Shown: one piece after another, positions 20,228-31,011 of the stretch
How the letters are laid out: each line of letters opens with the position of its first letter
Position numbering within the stretch: position 1 is the stretch's first letter
Source of the DNA: a virus
Lineage: Duplodnaviria; Caudoviricetes
Strand: one strand, 5' to 3'
Virus record (IMG/VR): IMGVR_UViG_3300032167_000039
Length of the DNA: 64,000 nt
Notes under the pieces: model-generated
Databases searched by the model: none
Seen by the model: the letters and a program-made list of their open reading frames with translations, nothing else
Told to the model about the DNA's origin: nothing
Translations under genes and position numbers: made by a program

Positions 20228-22117
20228 TTACGATGCTCCATACTTAGAAAAATCAATTCTTGAGAAAACAAATTCCTTACGAGGTTTAATATCTGTGCCC
20301 ATTAATTGACAAAGCTGTTCAATACCCTCTTCAGAATAAATAATCTGATCCATTCTTTGGTCACCAGTTGTTGAAAACATAGATGCTTTAAGATCTTTCT
20401 CATTGAGCTGACCAAGTCCCTTTACTCTCTTAATATATCCTTTAAGTTTTCCACGAACTTTATCGAATTCTTCGTTAGTATAATAACAGCTTAAAGGGTT
20501 GCCATTCTTATCCTGCTCAATGAATAATGGAGAGCGAAGCCAATATACTCGATTTTCTCGTAAAAACTGGGGACAAAGGCGATAAAGATTTGCAAGAATA
20601 AGTAATGCAATATGGTAACCATCATCATCAGCATCGACACAAATAGCAATTTTACCATATCTTAATTTCTTTGGATTATAATTATTTGGATCAACACCAA
20701 GGGCATAAAGAAGAAGTTCAATTTCCTTGTTATCGTAATATTTCTTTTCATCGTCTTCTTTAAGACCGTTAATCATTTTACCACGAAGTCTCATTACACC
20801 ATATTTCTTAGTGTCGCGGCCACTTGCAGCAGCATTGCCAGCAGAATCTCCCTCTACTACACAAAGGATGGAATCTTGACCAAGTTCTTCGGCATCCGAA
20901 AGCTTATCAATAAAAGCAATTTTTTGTTTACGAAGATCGCTCATTTTCTTTTGCCGATTAAGAATAGCTTCTCTCTCTCTGTCTGCAGCCCTTTCTGCTT
21001 TTTGATACTTTAATATCATTTCAACGATGGGTGTAAAATCAGGACCATTTGCGAACTCTTCAAAAGCTTCTTTAAAAGCTTGAGAAGCAAGAGTTCTTAA
21101 ATTTGGATTATTAATCTTACTCTTTGTCTGATTCGCAAAAGAAGGATTTGCAACTTTACAGTTAATTGCATATACCAATCCCTTACGAATAAGTTCTGCA
21201 TCAAAATCTTTGCCACTAAGTCTTTTCATAGAAGTTGTAATTGTCGTTTTTGCGCCAGTTACGGGAGAGCCGCCTTCAGGGCAATATAACCCATTTACAA
21301 AGACATGAGATTCTCCTACTCCATTTGTATACAGAAATGCAATTTCTAATTCATCCGTCCCATCGCTTGCAGAACAAATAATTGGAGCCTTCATCAATGG
21401 TTCAGAAGTATTATCTTTAATAAAATCTGCAATACCATTTTCTGAATAAAACTCATTTTTTTTACCAGAAGTCGTTTCTACAATAAATTTAATTCCTTTA
21501 TTTAAATAAGAAATGTTTTTAATCTCAGAACAGATTTTTTCGTAGCTAAAACCTTCTGTTGCATTTGCGAAAACTTTTTCATCGGGTCTAAAACGAATAT
21601 AAGTTCCTGTGCCACCTGTTAAACCATATTCTTTTTCAAACTTTTCAAGAGGTAATTCTTCATAATTTATTAAATTACCTTCATTAAAGATAGCTTCTGC
21701 AACCTTTCCGTCTCTTATACTTCTAACTAGAAATTGATAAGAAGACATACATACCGCAGTTCCACCAATACCATTAAGACCAGAACTATTTTTATAAGCT
21801 CCCTTATCAAATTTACCACCAGTATGTGATTCTGTATATATTGCTACAAGAATATTCCTTCCGTCAATAATTCCAAATGGGACGCCGCGGCCATAATCTC
21901 TTACTTCAATAGTATTGGTTTTTTCATCAAGGCGAATATCAATTTCTTTTCCATATCCTGCAAGAGCTTCATCAGTAGAATTATTGATAATTTCCTTTAA
22001 TGCCTGATAAATACCTTCTGTATCATCTGAGCCAAGATACATTTGAATTCGAGAGCGCATAGCTTCTCTTGTTTCTAAATGCTGAATATTTTCAGCTGTA
22101 TAATTACTATTTGACAC
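20228..22117 (-). CDS. gyrB: DNA gyrase subunit B
   Basis: EIINNSTDE, DYGRGVP, HTGGKF, VEGDSAG, LRGK, DADDDG, KGLG. Confidence 0.95.
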   Translation of the reverse strand: MSNSNYTAENIQHLETREAMRSRIQMYLGSDDTEGIYQALKEIINNSTDEALAGYGKEIDIRLDEKTNTIEVRDYGRGVPFGIIDGRNILVAIYTESHTGGKFDKGAYKNSSGLNGIGGTAVCMSSYQFLVRSIRDGKVAEAIFNEGNLINYEELPLEKFEKEYGLTGGTGTYIRFRPDEKVFANATEGFSYEKICSEIKNISYLNKGIKFIVETTSGKKNEFYSENGIADFIKDNTSEPLMKAPIICSASDGTDELEIAFLYTNGVGESHVFVNGLYCPEGGSPVTGAKTTITTSMKRLSGKDFDAELIRKGLVYAINCKVANPSFANQTKSKINNPNLRTLASQAFKEAFEEFANGPDFTPIVEMILKYQKAERAADREREAILNRQKKMSDLRKQKIAFIDKLSDAEELGQDSILCVVEGDSAGNAAASGRDTKKYGVMRLRGKMINGLKEDDEKKYYDNKEIELLLYALGVDPNNYNPKKLRYGKIAICVDADDDGYHIALLILANLYRLCPQFLRENRVYWLRSPLFIEQDKNGNPLSCYYTNEEFDKVRGKLKGYIKRVKGLGQLNEKDLKASMFSTTGDQRMDQIIYSEEGIEQLCQLMGTDIKPRKEFVFSRIDFSKYGAS

Positions 22118-22201
22118 CTAAATTCCTCCCTTTCATTTTTATACAAGTATATTATATCATAAAATAATAAAAAAGTCAAGACATTAGTCTTGACCCTTAT
22201 A

Positions 22202-23122
22202 TTAATTATGTTTTAAATACTCAACTACAGAATTAGCACAATTCGCTCCATCTGCAGCGGCAGTAATTGCTTGTCGTAACATTTTTCTTCTAATATCACC
22301 TGCAACATAAAATCCACTAATATTCGTCTCTCCACATTCATTACCAAGAATATAACCAGAACAAGATTTCTCTATTTCACTTGGGCAATAATGAGATTGA
22401 GGTTTACTACCTATTGCAGAAAAGAGTCCATTAACAGCGGTTTTGCAAACTACATCCTTATATTCATAATCAATACATATAGAATTTGATTCTTTATAAA
22501 GTGACATGATTTTTGCTTTGTCAATGACAGAGATATTTTTTGTCTCATGAATTTTTTCAATAAGCGTCGAATCAGCAATAATTTTATCCGTAATAATGCA
22601 TACTGTTGAGGCTATTTTAGAAAGATATAATGCTTCGGTAAAAGCACTGTTTCCGCCACCAATAATAGCAACATCTTTTCCTTTATATAAAGGGCCATCA
22701 CAAATTGCGCAATGATGATAAGTTACATTGTCTTTTACATCACAAATTTCAGAAAGCTCTCTGTGTTTTGAACCTAATGCATAAATAACAGTTTTTGAAT
22801 AATGTTCGGTTCCGTCGGCGTATTTAATAATGAAAAATTCAGAAATTTGATCTATATTAGCTTCAATTTTTTCAATAGATTCGACTTTCTTCTCTTCAAT
22901 AACTATTCCCATTTCTTCTATTTGTTCTCTAATAGAATTGCCTAAATTATATCCTGTTATTCCTTTTATTCCGGGATAGTTCTCAACTAAAACAGCATTT
23001 TCAATTTGTCCAACAGAAAATTCGTCTTCACCGATAATTTTAAAATTAAGATTAGCTCTCTTTGCGTATATTGCAGCGCTCATGCCTGCGATCCCATTGC
23101 CAAGAATTATTGTATCGTACAT
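22202..23122 (-). CDS. trxB: thioredoxin reductase
   Basis: GNGIAG, ENYPG, CAICDG redox motif, IGGGNSA, AGD; likely start MYDTII at 23122. Confidence 0.9.
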   Translation of the reverse strand: MYDTIILGNGIAGMSAAIYAKRANLNFKIIGEDEFSVGQIENAVLVENYPGIKGITGYNLGNSIREQIEEMGIVIEEKKVESIEKIEANIDQISEFFIIKYADGTEHYSKTVIYALGSKHRELSEICDVKDNVTYHHCAICDGPLYKGKDVAIIGGGNSAFTEALYLSKIASTVCIITDKIIADSTLIEKIHETKNISVIDKAKIMSLYKESNSICIDYEYKDVVCKTAVNGLFSAIGSKPQSHYCPSEIEKSCSGYILGNECGETNISGFYVAGDIRRKMLRQAITAAADGANCANSVVEYLKHN

Positions 23123-23123
23123 A

Positions 23124-23621
23124 TTATCCCTCCAATTGTCGTCTCGTCTCTTCAATTGTTTGTGCGAATTGATTTGAACTCGCAAGTGTTACTCCTAAAA
23201 TACTGTCATGCCGCGGCGTATCATTGGGAATAAAACGCCCAAATTTAATAATGATATTTTTAAATTTATAGAATTGTTTTAATTTATCTTGGATTTCACT
23301 TGGATTATAACCAGTATAAATAACAATTGTATCATTGCAAAGCTGTCTAAATTTCCAGATAAAATTATGTAATTCATCATCAGTGTCAAATGGTTCAAGC
23401 CCGCCTATCACAATTGCTTCCGTAATATCATTGGACAAATATTTCTTTATAAGCTTGGTATCATCAATTTCAAATATTGGTGCGGCGGCGAGAGATGAAT
23501 TCTGACACACTTTTTCACCGCACTCTCTATCACATTTAAAATCACATTTACTTGTTGAAATAAACATAGAAGGTAATTTGAAATTAACAAAATCTTCTTC
23601 TACTAATCCTTTGATTTGCAT
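23124..23621 (-). CDS. nrdG: anaerobic ribonucleotide reductase activating enzyme
   Basis: CDFKC...CQN cluster motif, GGLEPF, IYTGY, GRF, SSNQ; adjacent to nrdD. Confidence 0.85.
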   Translation of the reverse strand: MQIKGLVEEDFVNFKLPSMFISTSKCDFKCDRECGEKVCQNSSLAAAPIFEIDDTKLIKKYLSNDITEAIVIGGLEPFDTDDELHNFIWKFRQLCNDTIVIYTGYNPSEIQDKLKQFYKFKNIIIKFGRFIPNDTPRHDSILGVTLASSNQFAQTIEETRRQLEG

Positions 23622-23691
23622 ATAATTACTCCCTTTTCTTTTATTATATCATAAAAAAGAAGGGAAGTCAAGCGCTTCCCCTCATTCTATG

Positions 23692-24936
23692 TTAAACTTT
23701 TTCCCATCTTCTCATTGTATATTCTTTATTTCTCTCTTTAGACCATGACTTAACTGGAGTGTAAAAACCTACAACTCTGGTATATTCTGTTGCAATGGGC
23801 TTACCACAAGTTGGACAAGTTGTTCCATAGAAAGCATGATTATCTTCGCAAGCCTGAATTTTAGTATTAAATGCAAAATAAGTAACACCCTGATCTGCAA
23901 TATAACAAGCCATCTTATAAGCTGTTTCAAAGTTTTTAAATGGAGCGTCAATATTAACATGAAGAATAGAGCCACCATTACAGAATCCATCAAACATAGC
24001 TTGAATACGGATTCTTTCGTTAAGATTAGTCTTAATTCCAAGAGGAATAAACTGATTTCCATAAAGAGGAAGATCATAGAGATTAGAATCTGGATAGAAG
24101 AACTTATCTTTCTGCATGAGTTTTGCGGCGGCGTTCTCGCCAGGAATCTGCTCGGTATTAATCATGTAGTCGCAATTATTTTCTTTAATAAAATTATCTG
24201 CAACTTCTCGCATTGTGTCAAAAATCTTTTTACCAAACTCCGCGGCCTTATCTGTATAGAAAACATTGCCAAGTTCATCAGTAGTGATACAATTAAATTT
24301 CTTCATTGTCTCATAGATTCCAATAAAACCAATTGTATTGTAGAGGTGTTCAAAATCAACAAGACCATAAGTAAAGTTAGGCAGTAATCCCTTCTCTACA
24401 TCGCGGCGAATAATATTTCGAACAACATGAAGTGCTCTAACATTGCAAAGAGTTCTTTCTTTCAGTTCTGTAAAATATTCTTCTTCTGTATTAGTATCAA
24501 GTGCAAGGCGAGCAAGATTAATAGTAGAAACCTTGACTGAACCAACTTTAAGTGCAGTACCACCAACAGAATTAAAATAACCAAGGTCACGAATATCACT
24601 CTTAAGTCGGCAACAATTAGAAAGGCTAGATACATTATCGTCAATAAACAAGTTACTATCTGCCCATTTCATATTGTGACGAATTGCCCAACATGCAAAT
24701 TCTTCATCTGCAAATTTCTTATTTTTTCTGAGTAAAGAAATAGAACTTACTGGAAATGTAAACATATTTTCATGACGAATTTCTGCCATTACTTCCATAT
24801 ACATTTTCTGGAATTCCATAATTCCTTCAATATGATCAATCATAAATTCACCATTTGGAAATTCTGCGCCACCAAATAGTGCGACTAAATATTCTCTATC
24901 AAACACAGATGTATTTGTAAATGCTGACTGCTGACC
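23692..24936 (-). CDS. nrdD: anaerobic ribonucleotide reductase, exon 2
   Basis: SAFTN, SNCCRL, EQIPGEN, glycyl-radical motif TRVVGFY. Confidence 0.93.
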   Translation of the reverse strand, partial: GQQSAFTNTSVFDREYLVALFGGAEFPNGEFMIDHIEGIMEFQKMYMEVMAEIRHENMFTFPVSSISLLRKNKKFADEEFACWAIRHNMKWADSNLFIDDNVSSLSNCCRLKSDIRDLGYFNSVGGTALKVGSVKVSTINLARLALDTNTEEEYFTELKERTLCNVRALHVVRNIIRRDVEKGLLPNFTYGLVDFEHLYNTIGFIGIYETMKKFNCITTDELGNVFYTDKAAEFGKKIFDTMREVADNFIKENNCDYMINTEQIPGENAAAKLMQKDKFFYPDSNLYDLPLYGNQFIPLGIKTNLNERIRIQAMFDGFCNGGSILHVNIDAPFKNFETAYKMACYIADQGVTYFAFNTKIQACEDNHAFYGTTCPTCGKPIATEYTRVVGFYTPVKSWSKERNKEYTMRRWEKV

Positions 24937-26100
24937 CACGTTATCATAATTTTCATTATGCGCTGACTATTTTTTATTACTTAGTTAAAAGCAATATTAC
25001 TCTTTCCCGCCGCGTATCAATAGCGGAGGTACTCCTCTTCGCGAGGATAGTCGATACAGGCTTCGTTTAATTATTTGCTCTAAGTGGATAGATAAGATTA
25101 TCTCTCCTATACATTTTTGTTGAACCGTTTTTAATACCAATTATTATGTTTGGAGCTACATTATATTGCAATGCAATTTGTCTTAAACTTATTTTTGTTG
25201 TAGAGATTAACTCAATAATTTCTGAAACTTGGTGGTAAGTTAATTGACCAGCATTTTTTGTAGCTCGGTATTGTCTAATTGGGTAAGAAATATCGTCTTG
25301 TCTATGATAAGTTCCATTATTTATTCTTGAAATAGTTCTTCCTTCTACTCCATATCTTTTTCCGATATCTTCATAAGAAGAATAACTAAATTTTAAAGCA
25401 TAAATAATTTCTTCAATATCTTCTTGAACAAGTTTACCAGTCGGATTAGGATTTTTTCTTAGCGGATATTCATTATTTGAGTTATAGTAAGTATTTCCTA
25501 AATTAATATCACTTACACAAGAAGAAGATACATTAAACTTTTTAGCAATATCTCTTATACTATTTTTTGTAAATTTCAAATCTGAAGCAATTTTTTCTAA
25601 TTCAATATCAGTTTTAAATTTTGCTTCAGGATGTTCAATACCTTTAAATAGAGGTGGTTCATTTCCTCCTTCAAGAATATTATAGCCATTTGGTCTTAAA
25701 GAATTATATTTAAGAATATAATATTTTTCTCGTTCATTGTAATTCTTTATTGGACCTTCTAATATTGACATAGTAAAATGTTCTTTACCATATTTTTGTA
25801 TAGTCAAATCTATTAAACTATTATCACTATTAGGGCGGCAATGTTGATTAAATCTATATTTGGGGTCATTTGATTGACCAATATAAACCTTACTATTGAT
25901 ATCGTTTGTAATTATGTAAATATATTTTTCCATTCATTTCACCTCCTTTATAATTATTTATTAGAGCAATTAAACGATTCCCACGAGATTACCATACCTA
26001 TGTCTCTCGACAGGGGCTCCAGGCTCCCTCGTTAGCCACTATTTAAGTGACCCCAGTGATTACTGGAAAAGTAATAAATGGACAGTTCTAATTAGATTCT
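24937..26100 (-). mobile_element. group I intron in nrdD (1164 nt)
   Basis: Exon 1 ends in U (GGAU pairs with IGS GUCC, U.G at the splice site); P7 GACUAU/AUAGUC; P9 CAUAAU-GAAA-AUUAUG; terminal G. Splicing restores in-frame ...QPCVRD|GQQSAFTN. Confidence 0.9.
25067..25933 (-). CDS. intron-encoded GIY-YIG homing endonuclease
   Basis: YIYIITNDINSKVYIGQS..R..H, REKYYI, NGYN; repeated C-terminal HTH modules; own GGAGGTG RBS inside the intron. Confidence 0.92.
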   Translation of the reverse strand: MEKYIYIITNDINSKVYIGQSNDPKYRFNQHCRPNSDNSLIDLTIQKYGKEHFTMSILEGPIKNYNEREKYYILKYNSLRPNGYNILEGGNEPPLFKGIEHPEAKFKTDIELEKIASDLKFTKNSIRDIAKKFNVSSSCVSDINLGNTYYNSNNEYPLRKNPNPTGKLVQEDIEEIIYALKFSYSSYEDIGKRYGVEGRTISRINNGTYHRQDDISYPIRQYRATKNAGQLTYHQVSEIIELISTTKISLRQIALQYNVAPNIIIGIKNGSTKMYRRDNLIYPLRANN

Positions 26101-26778
26101 ATCCCTTACGCAAGGTTGATTAACAGCATAAATAAAACGCTGGATATTCTGTTTAGCATAATCTTCAAATTGATTCATTCCAAGATATGCTGAATCGCAA
26201 TCTTGTTTCCAGAAATAATACATATAAGGAATAAGATTGGGGAGGCCTACTGCACCAGAGCTTCTATTGCTTGCAAAATTAATAAATTCTTTAACAAAGT
26301 CAACAAATGTTGTTAAATGTTTTGGCGGCTTATTGTTGAAAGTGTCTTCCAAGAAATAAAGTCCTTTTTCAGCCAAATCCTTTAAATCGTATGCAAAACA
26401 ATAATGTTTAAAAGTAGCTGTATCTGCATCGTGCATATAAAGTTGTCCCATCCACTCTCTACGAAGCCAATCATTCGCCGCTTTAAAACCATATGCTTTC
26501 TGATATTCATAATAAATCTTATTGAAAGCTAAAAGTTTACGGTGTGGCTTGGGCATTTCAGTTAAAAGTGTTACTATATCTTTTCTTCGAACATTACTAT
26601 TACCATCAATACTTGAGTTTGCCACAACAGGTTCATAAATAAAATTATCTACAAAATCTGTAAGGGATAGTTGTCTATCATCAAAGCCATTAAGTCTTGC
26701 CATATCGGTTCCAAATTCAGATTGAAGCCTATTATACTGTATGGTAAAATTTTTGTTTGATCTAATATTAACTTGCAT
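26101..26778 (-). CDS. nrdD: anaerobic ribonucleotide reductase, exon 1
   Basis: YMHD, YCFAY, PPKHL, SNRSSGAVG, NQP; no obvious ATP-cone. Confidence 0.9.
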
Positions 26779-26982
26779 TTACTTTCCTCCATTAATCCAA
26801 TCCACAGCTTCTTTAAAGGAATAGAGAATTCCATCTACTTCAAGGGTCGGCAGATTAGAAATATTTTTCTGTCCCATAATGTCTTCATCTCTACAAGTTT
26901 CATAGGAGATTCCTGCTTTATTCAGTTTTTTCTCTAAAACCATACATTTAGGACAATCAATTGTGTACAAAATATTTGCCAT
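26779..26982 (-). CDS. glutaredoxin/NrdH-like redoxin
   Basis: CPKC and LPTLEVDG; directly upstream of nrdD. Confidence 0.8.
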   Translation of the reverse strand: MANILYTIDCPKCMVLEKKLNKAGISYETCRDEDIMGQKNISNLPTLEVDGILYSFKEAVDWINGGK

Positions 26983-27124
26983 TTATTTCACCTCAATTCT
27001 ATTATTTCTAATAAAATTATATCAAAAATAAAAGTGGAAGTCAAGTCTTTCGATTTAACTTCCACTTAATAAGTAAAATTTTATTACTTAATCTTCAATA
27101 AATGCCGTCATTCGAGGCGAATCA

Positions 27125-27493
27125 TTAGATAACCTTCCAATCTAACATTTCTTCATAAATAGTTTTTACATATGAATTGCCGCCGCGTTGTACATAATCT
27201 TCATATAATGAACATAAATTTTCTCTCATTCTCATAGGGATTTCTTTCTTATCTCTATATTTTTCATAGATGAGAGTAATTTCATGTCTTAAAGTAGTTA
27301 AGTCTGTTTTTTCTGTTTTATCAATAAAATTATGGATTTTATCAAACTCATCTTTTGTAGCTTCCTTTACAATATCTGCAATCCATTTTCTTGGTTTTTT
27401 TGATATTACTCCAAGAAAACCTGCAATAGTAATAAGTGCACCACATGTTGTGCCGATTAGTTTAATTATTTCTAAAATTGAAATAAATTCCAT
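27125..27493 (-). CDS. holin-like membrane protein
   Basis: N-terminal TM helix; C-terminal LYEDY..RGGNSY motif typical of phage holin-like proteins. Confidence 0.55.
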   Translation of the reverse strand: MEFISILEIIKLIGTTCGALITIAGFLGVISKKPRKWIADIVKEATKDEFDKIHNFIDKTEKTDLTTLRHEITLIYEKYRDKKEIPMRMRENLCSLYEDYVQRGGNSYVKTIYEEMLDWKVI

Positions 27494-27909
27494 TATTTAA
27501 CACCTCCATTTATTAAATAATCATTATGATACTTGTCTTTTACTCGATAATTTGGATTTGAAAATAATGAATTAAAAGTTAATTTATCTAAATCCCAATA
27601 AGGAACTCTAATAAGTGTAATCTTTTTAGCTAAACAATATGCATTCTTTTTTCTATCCCATTCTCTTGCTTTCATAAAATCAAGAACAGTTTTATGAAAA
27701 TGTTTAGTAAATTTAAAATGCTGTTCGCCATCAAATTCTATTAGAGCAATTAATTTTCTATCTTTAAATATAGCAAAATCGAATCTTAATGGTACATTTT
27801 TTAAGCCGTTTAAATCTTTAAAACTGACTTCTCTTTGAAAAGAGATTCGATTTTGCTTTAAGATTTCCATTATTTTCTTTTCTCCTTTGGAAGGTGAGTT
27901 AAAACTCAT
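27493..27909 (-). CDS. Vsr/DUF559-like PD-(D/E)XK endonuclease
   Basis: SKGE..I, LRFDFAI, IEFDGEQH, LIRVPYW. Confidence 0.8.
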   Translation of the reverse strand: MSFNSPSKGEKKIMEILKQNRISFQREVSFKDLNGLKNVPLRFDFAIFKDRKLIALIEFDGEQHFKFTKHFHKTVLDFMKAREWDRKKNAYCLAKKITLIRVPYWDLDKLTFNSLFSNPNYRVKDKYHNDYLINGGVK

Positions 27910-28726
27910 TTAATTCATCTCGAGTAGGAGGTCTTTTCTTTTCACATTTTGGAGGAATAAAAACAGGGTAAGGAATTCCAATATAACCACAGTTTGGCGG
28001 CGTATAACAAGGAACTTTTTCATCTTCGCAATGAAATGTTGCTATATGATAATAAGTTCCGTCAGATAAAGGTACTCCATCTGGATATTTAGATAAAATC
28101 CTTTTCATTCCTTTATAATAATCCAATCCTTTTTCCCATTCATAAAAATCGCACTCTAAGGCGGCGGAAAAGTAAGTTGTATTAATAATATCTTTTTCTT
28201 CTTCTTGAGTTTTTTTATCTTCTTGATCTTCTTTAAAACTTAATAAACCAAAATATAAATCATCAAGACTTGTTTCAGAAAGTTGATACTCTAAATTATA
28301 ACAAATTTCTCTTCCTTTTGAGATATCAAACCCTTGAGTTTCTTCATTAAATACTGCTCCAAATAAAACATAATATCCTTCAAAAATATAAATAAACTGA
28401 ATGTTTTTTTCATCTGTATATTTAGCAGCATAAAAAGCTCCTTCCTTTTCATTTGTACTTGCAACTTTTTCTGGAAAATATTCTTGGTGTTCTATAATAA
28501 TTTGTCCTTTAAATTCTGGAACCGGGACTGGTAATGGACATAATTCATAATTTTCACAAGGAGAACCAAGAATTTCTTCGATTAAAGTTAATGTTTTTAA
28601 ATAATCAATTTTTATCTCACATACGGGGAAATGTCTACAAGTAAAACAACGAGGGTAAAGTTGCGTGTGTCTAGGCGGCGGCATTTCCTCACTAATTGGA
28701 GTTAGTATTTTCTTATAATCAATCAT
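27899..28726 (-). CDS. hypothetical protein, Cys/Pro-rich termini
   Basis: CFTCRHFPVC; GGGGTG RBS; follows a phage-type promoter motif. Confidence 0.7.
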   Translation of the reverse strand: MIDYKKILTPISEEMPPPRHTQLYPRCFTCRHFPVCEIKIDYLKTLTLIEEILGSPCENYELCPLPVPVPEFKGQIIIEHQEYFPEKVASTNEKEGAFYAAKYTDEKNIQFIYIFEGYYVLFGAVFNEETQGFDISKGREICYNLEYQLSETSLDDLYFGLLSFKEDQEDKKTQEEEKDIINTTYFSAALECDFYEWEKGLDYYKGMKRILSKYPDGVPLSDGTYYHIATFHCEDEKVPCYTPPNCGYIGIPYPVFIPPKCEKKRPPTRDELNEF

Positions 28727-28819
28727 AAATTCACCCCTTTTAATATAATAAAAAGAGGAGTAAAATACTCCTCATTCTCCAATAATTAAGTGAAATTTTA
28801 TTTAAAAGATTATAATAAA

Positions 28820-29971
28820 TTACGCTTTATCAGAAATCTGAGCAAAGTCACAGTCTTCTGGATTTTTGTCACTTCTAAACTGAATGATTTTTGCGTGGCG
28901 AAGAGAATATTCATTGTCTATGTGTTCTACTTCCATACAGGTCAATTCTGCAACTTTATTAACCCATTTTTCGGGAATTTCAACGATTTCCTTTTTAAGT
29001 TCATCAGTAATGCCTGATATCCAAGCTACGCGAATGGGTTTATTGTCTTTCATTACAGACAGTGATACTGCACTTGCCCAGCCATTATACCAAGCCTTTG
29101 TGACTGGCTCCCAAGTTTCACCATTCGTGTATTCTGTAAACTTGCAGATATTAGATTTCTCGCCAGTCTTATAATTAACCCAGTACGCCCAGTTTTCAAT
29201 TTCCTTGCCTTTATAATCCTTTGTTGCGGGTTTATAATCGCCATCAAGAAAAGCATCAATAGTTTCGTTGATTTCCTTTTTCATCTTCAATGTCATTCTT
29301 GCTGTTCTCTTACCAGGGAGGTATTTACAATCCTTACGAGTAATAACAATACCTTCGCCGCCCTCTGCAATTACCTGTCCATATAGATCCCAAAGATCAG
29401 AACCTTCCTTATAGTCTGCCATGAAAACATATTCATTATTATTAGAGATATCTGCAAGTTCGTATTCGAGATATGTACGAATACGGGTTTCAAAAGGAGT
29501 ATCAATAAGAGATTTTCCCTTGTAAGCAAGAACATCAAATACATAGAAATTCAAGATTCCATTTTTCTTTTGTCTATCAATACACTTATCTTTAAGACAA
29601 TTAAGTACCGATGTAATCTTTCGGCTACCTTCATTATTAGGAAAACAAATTTCTCCCACAAGAACAGTGCCATTAGGAATCCAAGACAATTCTTCTGTAA
29701 TCCAAGGAATCCATTCTGCCTTATCTGTATAGCCACCATTTACACTTTCTGTGCGGCTACGAAGATGAAAATTACCTTCCATATCCTTGATAAGCATATT
29801 CCAAGCACCGTCATATTTGCGGGCGCCCATGTAGTTGCCAGAGACACACATGTACTTGGATTCTTCTTTCTTTTTCTTAAGGTCGTATGACTTTGGGTGG
29901 CTCCAATATTTCATGCTTTCTATGTTCCAAAAATCATAATTATCTATAATAATATTCTTTTTCTTATCCAT
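28820..29971 (-). CDS. ATP-dependent DNA ligase
   Basis: Motif I RKYDG, VGE, YVFDVL, GEGIVI, LKMK, SLRH. Confidence 0.88.
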   Translation of the reverse strand: MDKKKNIIIDNYDFWNIESMKYWSHPKSYDLKKKKEESKYMCVSGNYMGARKYDGAWNMLIKDMEGNFHLRSRTESVNGGYTDKAEWIPWITEELSWIPNGTVLVGEICFPNNEGSRKITSVLNCLKDKCIDRQKKNGILNFYVFDVLAYKGKSLIDTPFETRIRTYLEYELADISNNNEYVFMADYKEGSDLWDLYGQVIAEGGEGIVITRKDCKYLPGKRTARMTLKMKKEINETIDAFLDGDYKPATKDYKGKEIENWAYWVNYKTGEKSNICKFTEYTNGETWEPVTKAWYNGWASAVSLSVMKDNKPIRVAWISGITDELKKEIVEIPEKWVNKVAELTCMEVEHIDNEYSLRHAKIIQFRSDKNPEDCDFAQISDKA

Positions 29972-30686
29972 TTAAATATCCTCCTATAATAACAGAATCA
30001 ATAGTAATATCATCGTCTTTTGTTAATAAAATTAATGGAATTTTATTATTATTACAATATTCTTTTTTTAATAAATCATATTTCTTTTGTTTTTCCAGTG
30101 ATTTATTTCCTCCCCATTCAGAAATAGGTTCAAAATGTTGCCTACCTTGGTATTCTATAAGGTATTTTAATTTTTTTTCTTTAAAAATAGCAAAGTCAAA
30201 TCTAAGTTTATTATTATCTCCTTTTAAATCAGAAAATGAATATTCTCTTTCATATTCTATGTGATTTTCTTTTAGAATTTCCTCAATTACCTCTTCTTTA
30301 AAAGACTTTAAACACCCACAGGAACGAGTATGTCCATTTTTTAAATCAGCACTTCGAACGGTAGTAGTTTTTCCACATTCACATTGACAAATCCAATAAG
30401 CGTTTGAGCCTGTTTTTTCAAAATCTCTTTTTATAACAGTCAATCTACCAAAGTTTCTTCCAGTTAAATCATCTATTCTTATTTGACTTATTTTCTCTTT
30501 TCTTAGGCATCCGCAAGATTGAATTCCTCCACTACTCAAATGACTCCCTCTAATTTCTTTTTCATTGCCACACTCACATTTACAAAGATAATATGTTTGT
30601 TTGCCCTTTCTAATTGGACCATCTATGATAGTTAATCTACCAAATTTTTCTCCAATATAACGAGTTTGTTTACCCATCTTCATCAC
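29964..30686 (-). CDS. free-standing homing-type endonuclease (CxCxCG/SCGC repeats plus Vsr-like nuclease)
   Basis: Two FGRLT..CxCECG..SCGC repeats; LRFDFAI, IEYQGRQH; paralog at 62454. Confidence 0.82.
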   Translation of the reverse strand: MMKMGKQTRYIGEKFGRLTIIDGPIRKGKQTYYLCKCECGNEKEIRGSHLSSGGIQSCGCLRKEKISQIRIDDLTGRNFGRLTVIKRDFEKTGSNAYWICQCECGKTTTVRSADLKNGHTRSCGCLKSFKEEVIEEILKENHIEYEREYSFSDLKGDNNKLRFDFAIFKEKKLKYLIEYQGRQHFEPISEWGGNKSLEKQKKYDLLKKEYCNNNKIPLILLTKDDDITIDSVIIGGYLNG

Positions 30687-30695
30687 CTCAATATT

Positions 30696-30725
30696 TAAGT
30701 AGAAAAATCTGATGTAGGCTCTAAT
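30696..30725 (-). promoter_or_regulatory. putative phage-specific promoter upstream of a homing endonuclease
   Basis: ATTAGAG-N17-TACTTA. Confidence 0.65.
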
Positions 30726-30775
30726 AAATTGGTCACAAAATTATCAATAATATACATATAAATTACCTCTCTTTC

Positions 30776-31009
30776 TTATATTAATGGAGTTTCATTTGAC
30801 AATATACAGTCATCATCAGATAATAGGTGAATACAGCCATCGCGCTGATAAATATAATGATTCCCTATTGTTTCTTCTTCATTAATTAAATTGGCAGTCC
30901 AACTTCCTAATTCTGTAGAAACAAAAATTTTCATATCTAGACATTCTGGATGTGTTTTTGCTAATTTTTTAATATCTGTATATAATTTTCTTAAAGTTAA
31001 ATATCCCAT
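30776..31009 (-). CDS. small hypothetical protein, paralog of 31165..31395
   Basis: LTLRKL..HPECLDM..IHLLSDDD shared with the paralog. Confidence 0.7.
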   Translation of the reverse strand: MGYLTLRKLYTDIKKLAKTHPECLDMKIFVSTELGSWTANLINEEETIGNHYIYQRDGCIHLLSDDDCILSNETPLI

Positions 31010-31011
31010 AA

